From Chiloscyllium plagiosum (taxonomy: Eukaryota): DNA of 64,000 nt. Location: the NCBI RefSeq assembly GCF_004010195.1, contig NC_057719.1, positions 77,915,929 to 77,979,928 on the forward strand. The letters run 5' to 3'. The position numbers and the translations under genes are program-made. Positions 26,201 through 38,200 of the stretch are shown in pieces (the first letter of the stretch is position 1; each line of letters opens with the position of its first letter). Under the pieces are notes generated by a model. That model was given only the letters and a program-made list of their open reading frames with translations, searched no databases and was not told where the DNA came from.

Positions 26201-29200
26201 GCATAGAGTCAACGTGATTGAAGTAAACTCGTGGCTGCAAGAGTAATGTGGGAGAAATTGTTCCAAATTTATGGGATATTGGCACCAGTGCTGGGGAAGG
26301 AGGGAGCTGTTTCAATGGAAAGGGTTCCACTTGAATCATGCTGAGCCCAGGGTCCTGGTGAATTGCATTACTAAGGCTGTGGATAAGGCTTTAAACTAAA
26401 TAGTGGTGGCAGGGAGTGGAGGGCCTTTCAGTTGCATGATATAGCTAGGGTTCATGCCCGAAACGTCGATTCTCCTGCTCCTTGGATGCTGCCTGACCTG
26501 CTGCGCTTTTCCAGCAACACATTTTCAGTTGCATGGAAAATGATGGAAAAATTAAAGAGGGCAAACTCAGCAGAGGTTATTGAACTTTCTAGCATAAATC
26601 ATAGGATTGAGAGTACAGAGAGAGTCAGGAACCTAATTTCAGACATGGCAGCTGAAGGGACAACTATGAGAAGGGGGGTGGGGGTGGGGGGGCTGTCAAC
26701 ACAGGACTGAAAGTGTTGTACTTAAATGCAGTATATGAAACAAGTTAAATGAGCCTGTAGCACAAATTGACTTGACGAGTGTGACGTTTTGGGTATCGAA
26801 GAGACATGGTTGCAAGGGGATCAGGGCTGTGAACTAAATGTCCAATGAAACCCATCCTATTGAAAGATCAATGAGATGGGCAGATGGGGCAGGCTTTCCT
26901 TTTTAATAAAACAAAAGAAATTAAATCGATAGCAATAAATTATGTGGAGTTGGAAGGCTTGGAAACTGTATGGTAGAATTGAGGAACCTAATGGGAGTTG
27001 TATGCAGGCTTCTTAGTAGTAGTCAAGATGTGGGGAAGAAAATAAATCCGGAGATAGAAAAGGCTTGTAAGGAAGGCACGATTACAAGAAGCATGGGGAC
27101 TTCAATATGCAGGTGGACTCAGAAAATCTGGTTAGTAGTGGATCTCGAAGACATTCCACAATTTTTTTATGTCTGTGGGATTTTTGTTGGAACAGCTTGT
27201 GGTAGATCCCATTAGGGAACAGGCAATTCTGAATTTAGTGATGTGTAATGAGGCAGACTTGATTAGGCAGCTTAAGGTGAAGGAACCCCTGGGGACATTA
27301 ATATGATAGAATTCACCCTGCAGTTTGAGAGAGAAGCTAGAATAAGATGTAACAGTATTTCAATTGAGCAAAGGTAACTAGAAAGACGTGAGGTAGGAGC
27401 TGTCCATAGTTGGTTGGAAGATGAGCCTAGCAGGGAAGATGATGGAGCAGCAATGATAGTCATTTCTGAGGGGAACTTGGAAGGCATAGCGGACCATCCC
27501 AAGGAAGAAGAAACATAATAAAGGTTGGACAGGGCAACAATGGCTGACTGAGGAAGTTAAGTAAAAGCAAAAGAAAAAGCATACAATGTGGTGAAAATTA
27601 CTGTGAAACCAGAGAATTAGGAACTCTTTTAAAAGCCAGCCAAGAATAACTATAAAAACAATAAGGGTGGAGAAGATGAAATGTCAGTGTAAGTTAACTG
27701 GTAATATAAAAGAAGATTGCAAGAGTTTTTTTAGATGTCAAAAAGATAAGAGTTGACATTGGACAAGTGGAAAATGAGGTTGGAGAAATAGTAATGGGGA
27801 ACAAAGAAATCGTGGAGGAACTGACAAATATTTTGCATCAGTTTTCACAGTTAAAGACACCAGCAGCATACCAGAACTCAAGGACAGAGATGAATGTAGT
27901 GCCCATCACTAAGGCGAAGGTGCTAGGGTAGCTGAAAGGTCTGAAGGCATGTAAATCACCCAGATCAGATGGACTATACCCTCCAGATCTCTGAAGGAGA
28001 TAGCTAAGGAGATTATGGAGGCATTGGTGATCTTTCAAGAATCACTGGAGTGGGGGATAGTCTCAGAGAATTGGAAAGTAGTTAATATAACACTCCTGTT
28101 GAAGAAGGAAGGGAGGCAGAAGACAGGTTAGCCTGACATCAGTCATTGGTAAGATTTTAGAGTCCTATTAAGGATACGATTGTGGAATATTTGGAAGTGC
28201 ATGGTAAAATGGAGCTAAATTAGCCTGGCTTCATCAAGGAAGATTGTGCCTGAAAATCTATTAGAATTTCTTGATGTGATAACGAGAAGTTAGACATAGG
28301 AGAGCCAGTGGGTGTGATCTATTTGGGTTTCCAGAAGTGCCACACTGGAGACTGCTACATAATAAGAGCACTAGATGTTAGGGACAAGGTACTGGCATAG
28401 ATAGAGGATTAGTTGGCTAGCAGAAGGCAGAGAGTATGCATAAAGGGGACTTTTTCAGGATGGCAGCTGGTAACTAGTGGAGTTTTGCAGTGGTCAGTGT
28501 TGGGACTGGAACTGTTCATGTTATTGATTAATGATCTGGGTGAAGGAATGGAGGGTGTTGTTGATATCTTTACAGGAGATGCAAAGATAGAGGGACAGGT
28601 AGTATTGAAGAAGTGGGAGGCTTTGGAAGGACTTGAACCGGCTAGGATAGTGGCTAAAGAAGTCATAGATGGAAACCAACGTGGTACAGTGAGGGTTATG
28701 CACTTTGGGAAGAATAGATGCATATACTATTTTCCAAATGGGGAAAGGCTTTGGAAATCTGAAGCACAAAGGGAATTAGGAGTCATGGTTCAGGATTCAC
28801 TTAAGATTAACATGCAGGTTTACTTGCCAGTTAGGAAGGCAAATGCAGTGTGAGGACTCATTTCAAGAGGGCTAAATGACAAGATCTGGGGTGTACTGTT
28901 GAGGCTGTATATGATTCTCATCAAACCACATTTAGAATATTGTAAGCAGTTTAGGCCCCATATCTAAAGGAGGATATGCTGGCATTAGAGGTGGTCCAGA
29001 GGAGCAATCATTTAAAATAATAATTTGAAGGATTGAGAGTTTGTTATATGAGGAGCAGTTGCAGACTCTGGATCTGTACTCTGTGTTTAGAAAGATTTGG
29101 GTGAGATCTGATTGAAACTTACAGAATACTGAGATGTCTGGATAGAGTGCACATTTCCATTGGGAGGTGAAATTAGGGGCATCAGAGTGAAGGGTGTTCC

Positions 29201-32200
29201 TTTAGAACTGAGATGGGGAATTTCTTCAGCCAGAAGGTGGTGAATCTGTGGCACTCCTTGCCACAGAGGGCTGTGGAGGCCATGTTATTGAGTGTATTAA
29301 AGATAGTGATAGGTTTTTGATTGATACAGGGATCATTGGGTAAGGGGAGAAGGCAGGAGAATGGCATTGAAAAACATATCAGCCATGATTGAATCGCAGA
29401 ACAGATTCCATAGGCTTAATGGTCTAATTCTGTTCCTATGTCTTGCAATCTTATGATCGTTTGGACAAGCATGTGCTGGTTATAATGACCAGATGGAAAG
29501 AGGTGCTCAAAGTTATTTGAGGGTCATGTTTCATAATATTTTTTTCCACTGAATTCTTCAAAGCAACTTTCCTTTATCCTTTTTCAAACAATGTGAATAT
29601 GAACTCCTGTTTAAGCATCTATAAGTTGAGGAAGAAGAATGTTCTCATTACTTATACATTTTTGGATTTTTAAAAGATTTACTGATGGCAAGATCCCTAT
29701 GTTTAAATAGTTTGGTTTTAGTAACCTGCAGATATTGATTTATGATTGAATTCAATGATCTAAAATTTTTTCTGCTTTTGAACTGTATTGTCTTCCATGA
29801 TGAGCATTATTTCAGGCTAACTAGGTTTTTTTTGGTGAGTGAGAAAACATGAAATTCTTAAGTATTCAGAAGCATCAAGGAAGTAGATTTTTGGCTAAAT
29901 CTAATATGCAGATGTATTTATTTTTCAAAGATCTTGTGATTGGCATTTCAAATTCTGATGTCATATTGACATTTGTACAGGATAATAAGAATCAAGTTAG
30001 GAATTAGCTGTGACGTTTGTTTGTTAGTGCAGCGTATCACAATGGGGGAAGGTTCCACCAGTGAGAATTACATAAAGGTGTTACCTTCCTCCAAAAAAGG
30101 ATGAAAGTTCCTATTATGTATGGAATGTGTGGTAGACATTGTTTGGGCCACTTAAACTTTATTCCCATGTTTATATGTACATACAAGTTACATTAGTTGC
30201 ATGGAAAATAAATTATTACTATCTAAATTTTGGAGGTGTTGGACGGGGGTGCACAAAGTTAAAAATCTCACAGCATCAGGTTATAGTCCAACAGGTTTAT
30301 TTGGAAGCACTAGCTTTTGGACCGCTGCTCCGTCATCGAATGGTTGTGGAGTATAAAAATGTAAGATATCTTATGATCTTATACTCCACAACCACCTGAT
30401 GAAGGAGCAGCACTCCGAAAGCTAGTGCTTCCAAATAAACCTGTAGGACAATAATCTGGTATTGTGATTTTTAACTTAGTATCTAGAGGTTTCATTTAAT
30501 GGAACAAAGCTAATGTATTAACCAGTCATCGACTTATTAAAGTCTCTAGTTAGGTGAATTGGTCATGCTAAATTGCCTGTAGTGTTAGATGAAGGAGTAA
30601 ATGTAGGAGAAGGGGTCTGGGTGGGTTACGCTTCGGCGGGTCGGTGTGGACTTGTTGGGCCGAAGGGCCTGTTTCCACACTAAGTAATCTAATCTAATCT
30701 TGCCTGTGTTATTGTTACAATTTCTGTGCTTCTGATAATCGCACCATTAACTCTCAATTTGGACCATGGCTTCAATCCACAGTCTGCAATTTAATGATAT
30801 AAAACAGGGGCCATACAGTTCTTGGATTGTTGTAATAACTGAACTGCTGTACTAAGACCTTATAAGAAAGAAAACCTACAATGCTTGTCTGTTCGGGCTC
30901 TGTGCCTTCGAGCCTAAACCAACATGGTTGACTGCCAACTGTTCTCAGATGTCAGCTAGCAAGCACTTGATTGTATTTCTACCTTCTGGACAACCAGGTT
31001 TGAATATAAGAGCAGACTATCCCAAGAACGTTTTGTAGGTAATGCATAATGTTGGGAAGTCTAACTTGATACAGGATTTTGAACATGATAGTTCATGCTG
31101 TATGTAATTCATTTGCTTTAAAATAAAAGATCATTATTCTGTACTGTCAAGGGCATATAACAATTGCTGAAATTTTCCTTTTTAATGGGATAAATGACTG
31201 GGTGAAGATGTCTAGTTTAGTTTTGTTATACACTCCACTCTGTTCTTCTGGACTAAATATAAACCATTTACCTTTCTATTTGAACAGCTTAGTTTCCAGC
31301 ACAAAGTAGGAGTAATGTATTGTAAAGCTGGACAGAGCACAGAGGAAGAGATGTACAACAATGAAGTCGCTGGCTCTGCATTTGAAGAGTTTCTCCAGTT
31401 GTTGGGAGATAAAGTGCGTCTTAAAGGTTTTGACAAGTATCGAGCCCAACTCGACACCAAAAGTAAGGCCTTTAAAGTTTTGTGACAGTATGCAATGAAC
31501 AGTATGGTTGAATTGTCACAAGTGCTGCCCACTACCATTTGTCTTAATTTTCCGGAGAAAGTGAGGTCTGCAGATGCTGGAGATCAGAGCTGGAAATGTG
31601 TTGCTGGAAAAGCGCAGCAGGCTAAGTTATCAGTTCTTAGCCTGCTGGACAAACTTTCCCCATTCCTGAAGAAGGGCTTATGCCCGAAACGTCGATTCTC
31701 CTGTTCCCTGAATGCTGCCTGACCTGCTGCGCTTTTCCAGCAACACATTTCCAGTCTTAATTTTCCCCCTTCCTGTCTTCCTTTATTGAAAGCAGCGATT
31801 TATGAATAGTGAGCATTGTCAGCTTAGTGCCTTACCTTTGAAATCCTTTTTCGGAAAGTGCCATTTCTCCTGTGAGATAGTTGAAGCTCTCCAAGAAATT
31901 GAAAGTGGGTGGTAATTATTCTCAGCCTATTCTTGAATATTGGACATCGAATATTTCAACACCTAGAAGTGTGGATTATGGATTGGATGTAGTTGAGGAA
32001 AAAGAAGTTTAAAATGTAAGCTTGGCTTGCCATCAGTTTTAGTATTGATGGCAAATCAGTTTCCATGACACAGACCACTCATTGAAACTTTTTAACAGGG
32101 TAAATGACTGGGTGAAGATGTCTAGTTCAGTTTTGTTTTCATTTCATTAAGGTTTATATTCTTTTCACTGCTGTCATCTGCTTGATTTTGGCTTTAAGAA

Positions 32201-35200
32201 ACCTGGCAGATAAATGAAAATGAGAGGGTCCAGATCCATAAGGTGAGGGCCTTTTCAGCACTGTTCCTGAACTGCGTGGTGCAAGAGTAGTTTACACTCT
32301 TCTGACTCCATAACATCCTTTGCTGCATGCTACTTCTACCTTCCCTTCATGCATGCTGTTTTGAGTCCCACTATCCTTGGTGCACTCCCTTTCACCTCAT
32401 CCCTCTTGGCATGTGTTATGTTAAACCCTCCTCTCCCCACCATCAAATGACTTTTTTTTTATTTATCTTTTTTTAAAACTAGTTCAGTACATAGAAGCAT
32501 AGAAAATAGGAACAGAAGTAGGCCATTTGGCCCTTTTGAGCCTGCTCCACTATTCAACATGATTTCATGGCTGATCATTAAACTGGATTACCCCTCTTCC
32601 TGCTATTGCCCCATACCATTTCATTATTTTAGCCCTAAAAACTATGACTCTATCTTGATAACATTCAATGTTTTGCCTCAACCACTTTCAGTGGCATAGA
32701 TTTCCAAGGCTAAACACACTCTGGATGAGGAAATTTGTTTTCATCTCATGCATAAATGGCCTATCCATATCCTTAGACTGTGATTCTTGATCAGAACTCT
32801 GCAGTTGTCAGAAACATCCTGCATTTACCCTGTTTTGTGCTTCTCACCACAGTAGTCTATTATAGCTGTTTCTGATTATGCTTTTATCAATGTCTGTCTT
32901 TATGGATCTCAATAATCGGGAGGGAAGCAAGCAATTCAACTCTTGAACCTGTCACCATTCAGCTAGATTATATCTGATTTGTACTTTAGCCCTTTCTACT
33001 CATCTTAGTTACAGAACCTTCAATACCCTTGTCAAAAATGAGGAAGATAGTCCTTGTTGATTTCCGCTGTTCAATTGATCGAAAGGAACTGCCCTAGTTG
33101 AGATCCACTTATTCAGTACCAACCATGAATTTCATCTTTCTGGTCTGTATTCTGTTAGTTTTATGCTGGGTGGTGACACTCCAACATTTGGGTACCAAGC
33201 CATCTAATTGTGGTATGTGTAACTTTGTGAAATTCAGAGCTATGCATTTTTGCTTGGTCTAATATTTTTAATCTGTGCTTAGTTCAGTAAGATTGTTAAG
33301 GTCATCAAGTACAGATCATTGATTACCAGCTCAAAGAAACATGGCGTATACATCTGCACAATAACATTAATTTAAAAGAAGAATTTTATTTTCAGAAGGT
33401 TTGGCTTCTCATTTGAAATAGCTTCTCAAATTTGTGTTTCAGTCAAAAGTCTTTAAAAATTGTTTATGCTAATAATCATTATCTCATTTCAATAGCCAAA
33501 TTTAGTGTAACCAAGCTATTTTTGTATGTTATCTGCAAAATCATAAACATAGAACAGAAAGAAAAGTTTGCAGTTGAGAAGTAAGTTGTGATTTTAAGGT
33601 AATACATGATCAAAACGAATAACAGATCATAAACGATACAATGATCAGGATCACAACATACAGGAAGGTTAAGATTTTCACTTGTTTCAATGTTGGATGA
33701 ACAAGAATGCAAAACAAGCCAGGCAAGGATTTTAATTGAGGATAAATCCTTCGATCCTGAAAATATCTTTTAACACTTGATGTAGTATTGGAAATGTTTC
33801 TAAAAAAAGCTTTTTCCGAACCCTTCGATTTCATGGTGGAAATAATACTCTCAAGATTGATTGTAGGTGTGAGCTTTTCTGTTGTTCACTTCGTCTCACG
33901 ATAAGCTTTTTGTTATTGCTATGCACACTGTAATAGCCTAGTTCCCAACAAGGTAAGGCAAGAGGAGAGAAATCCTAACAGTACAGTCCATATGTGCAGT
34001 CATCAGACATGATCACTGTCGATCATGCTTTCCTACATGAGGCCCCCATTGTATGCCAGGTTTAGAAGTTTTGGGATTCTGATAAATTACACCTTAGATT
34101 TTAATTGAATACTACATTAATTAATCTCCTTTTAACATTGTACTGAAGATAAAATCTAAATTAAATTTTGAATTGTGTTTGGTAGCTGATATTGCTGACT
34201 GCTGATCAACATCTGTCACCATGAATTGGAAAAATTACTTGGTGCTGCGGTCAATCTAACCAGCTGTCTAGATCCAGTCTTTTTCAGACTGCCCTATGGG
34301 TACTCATTGACCTTTGGTTCTTAACAGTAACTGTTTTGAAGTTGAAACTTATTTCAATTGGTGTATTTAGTTGCTGAATTTTTACTGAGGTGTTCCCTTT
34401 TTTGAAAATAATCCTTTGATTTGGTTTGACCCTATTGATCATGTAAATTATATGAATAAGTAATTAAACAAAAGATGTTTCTTGCAGAAGTCAATTACTG
34501 TTCAGTGTTGTATGTATTAAAATAGCAATAAATTCTCCCAATATGTTGGGTGATATTTTCATCATATTCACATCTTTTCTCTTGGAGGTCTTTTCTAACT
34601 AATTCTGCTAAGCTTGCTGTCTGTGTTTTCAGCTGATTCAACTGGTACACATTCCCTCTACACAACCTACAAAGATTATGAGATCATGTTTCATGTCTCC
34701 ACCCTGCTTCCTTACACACCAAACAACAAGCAGCAGGTAGGTCAAGGTCCAACAGTAAAATGAAATCTTTCATTTTGCTATTAAGTCATGTTCAGTTATG
34801 GTTTCAGATGACTTGTGGATTATTAATAACTCGTTCTCTTAGCTTTGTTTATCTAATCTGAGGAGCAAGCTTGATGCTAAACTAATGTTATGAATTTGGT
34901 TCAATGGTAAAGTTCCACAATTGCTAGGGTTTCAATTATTTTATTTTCAATGTGCCTTTTCCTTCCTGAAGACTGAGTGGAGATCTTAAGTTGTTTGCAT
35001 CCTTCAATACATCAGCTTATGAGCACTTTTCCTGTGTGTGGTGGCCAAGATATTGTATACCAAAGAGTGCATTACATCGACAACTGATCTTGTTTTCACC
35101 TTACATAGCAATGAAAAACAATGTATTTCTTTTTATCCCATGATGCCAAGATCAATTATACTCTCCCTATTTGCTGGATTAGATATGCAATGCAATGGAT

Positions 35201-38200
35201 TAAAGATCAAATCCCAAATCTTTATTCTATTTCGGAGTGCAGACCTACACACTGTGGATCTTAAGCTGAAGCAGCTTCAGAGGCAGCTCGGTTGTTTAGT
35301 GGATAGCACTGCTGTCTCACAGCACCAGGGACCCAGGTTCAATTCCAGCTTTGGCTAACTGTGAAGTTTGGAGGTTCTCCTCACGTCTGCATGGGTTTTG
35401 CTCGGTGCTCTGGTTTCCTCCCACAGTCCAAAGATATGCAGGTTAGGTGGATTGGCCATGCTGAATTGTCCATAGTGTCTAGCAATGTGCAGGCTAGATG
35501 GATTTGCCACAGTAAATGCAACCTTACAGGGACAGGGCAGGAGGCTGGGTTTGGGTGGGATGCTGCTTGGAGGGTCAGTGCAGACTCAATGATTCAAATG
35601 GCCTCTTTCTGCATTGTAGGGATTCTATGATTCTACTTTTGGGAATTTCCCACCTTTGAGGGAGCAGAGTTGATGTAATAACCATATAATAGAAAAGGTT
35701 TCTTTGTTTTGTATTCCACATTATTTAGAACATAGAATAAAAACTCGCCTTTCACCTCGCTGTGTTTGTGCTGACCGTGATGGTATTCGAAACTAATCCC
35801 ATCAGCCTGCACATGGTCTATATCCTTCTATTCTCTGCCTGTTTGTGTGTCTGCCTAAATGCTTCTTAAACCTTTTGGGTCACACAGTGGTTCAGTGGTT
35901 ATCACTGGTGCCTCACATCGCCAGGGACCCGGGTTCGATTCCCACCATGGGCGACTGTCTGTGGAGTTTGCAAATTCTCCCTGTGTCTGCGAGGGTTTCC
36001 TCCGGGTGCTCCGGTTTCCTCTCACAATCCAAAGATGTGCAGACTAGGAGAATTGGCTATGCTAAATTGCTCATAGTGTTAGGTGCATTAGCTGGGGGTA
36101 AATATAGGGTGGGGGAGTAGGTCTGTGTGGGTAGCTCTTCAGAGCTTGCTGGGACTTGTTGAGCCGGAGGGCCTGTTTCCATACTGTAGGGTATCTATCT
36201 ATAACCTAGCAGTTTCTACCACCTCCCTTGCCAGCAGTTCCAGGTACCTACTACCATCTGTTTTTTTAAAAAAAAAACTTTCATTTCACTCTCCTTTAAA
36301 TTCCGCACCCCCCCCCCCCCCAAACATATGGCCCCTACTATTTGACATTTCCATCTTGGGAAAGACACTCCAGCTATCCACCTTATCCGTGTCTCTTATA
36401 TGAATGTCAGCCCTCAACCTCTGACATTCCAGCAAAACACAATCCATGTTGTTCAAACTCATAGATAATACATTCCAATCCAGGTAACATTCTGGTAACC
36501 TCTTCTGCAACCTCGCCAAAGCCTCCACATTCTTCCTATAGTTTGGCACAGGAATACAAATGTGCCCTGACCAAAGTCTTATGCATTTGGAACATGGCTT
36601 GCCATTTTTATACTCGGTGCCCTGACCGAGGAAGCTAGGCATGTGGCATGCCTTCTTTACAATCTTAATCCACTTGTGTTAATTTCAGGGAGCTATGAAC
36701 TTGTACCCCAAGTTCCCACTGCATGTCAATGTTCCCTTGGGGTCCTGTCATCCACTATATTTTCCTCTTGCATTTGACCTCCCAAAATGCATAATTTGTC
36801 CAGATTAAACTCCATTTGCCATTTATCTGCTCAACTTTCCAGCTGATCTATATCCTCCTGCATCCTTTGATATCTTTCCTGATTATCCACAGCTCCACCA
36901 CTTTTCATGTCATCTGCAAATTTACCAGTTAAACAAGTAGCATTTTCATCCAGACTAGCTGTGACTAGAGAAACAGAGCCAGGGCTGGAAACTCTTAATG
37001 GATAAATCGTCATCTGTAAAGTTTGTATTGGGAGTGTGCAGGAATACTCACTCAGATGTATGATTGTCACTTGATGCTTTAAAAAAAAAAGAGGCACAAT
37101 CCATGACACACTATACTTTAATCTGGACCACTACCATTTAATTTGCTCACTTCCTCCACTGTCAGTGCATATCATAGCGGTAATGCACTATCTAAAGAAT
37201 GCACTGTAGTAACTAACCAAGTTTACTTTGATAGCTAATCCAACCCTGTGCTCCGTAGCACAGAGAAGACTCTGAGCAACAGTCTTGTGGGAATGTGGTC
37301 ATGTCCAAGTTTTCTGCCATGTACCCATCAAATTCTGGCAACAAATAATTGAGAAGTTCTATCCCATGAGTGATATAACATGGAGGTGCCGGTGTTGGAC
37401 TGAGGTGGACCAAGTTAAAAATCTCACACCACCAGGTTATAGTCCAACAGGTTTATTTAGAAGTACAAGCTTTTGAAGCGTTGTTCCTTCATCAGGTAGC
37501 TAGTGGAGCAGGATCATAGGAAACAGAATTTATATGTGCAGCAAGAAGAGTAGTCTACTCTGAAGCTTCACATTAGTCTCTACAAAATTCTCTTCTGCAC
37601 GAGTGTGATATTCCTTCACACTAACAATTTGATTATTTCTTTGGCAAATTATAGGTGGCTTCGTGGGTTGTAAATGCTCCTGTCCGAAGGAAGGGTTAAG
37701 TCAAGTATGATCCATTTCATCCTTTGAAGAAAGTAGATATTCCTTCTGACTGGACTGTATTCTAATTAAATCTTGCAGATGATGTATATAACTTTGGTTC
37801 AGTTTTCTCTAACTATAAACTTATAGGAGGCACAAGTCATGGCACATGAATGACAATGGAGAATAAAGCTCAGATTGGGTAAATATTCATCCGCAAGCTT
37901 AAATTAGAATGCAGCCTAATCAGAAAGAGTGCACATTGGTACACCAGAATCAAGAGTGTGGTGCTGGAAAAGCACAGCAGGTCAGACAGCATCCAAGGAG
38001 CAGGACAATCAATGTTTTGGGCATAAGCCCTTCATCAGGAATCCCCGACTCTGATCTCCAGCATATGCAGTCCTCACTTTATCCACATTGGTACACCAGG
38101 TGATGCCATTCTAAATATTTGCATGATCTGTCATCAGTTTACATTCTGAGCTTTATTCTCTATTGCTATTCATGTGCCATGGTCTTTGCCACCTCCAAGT

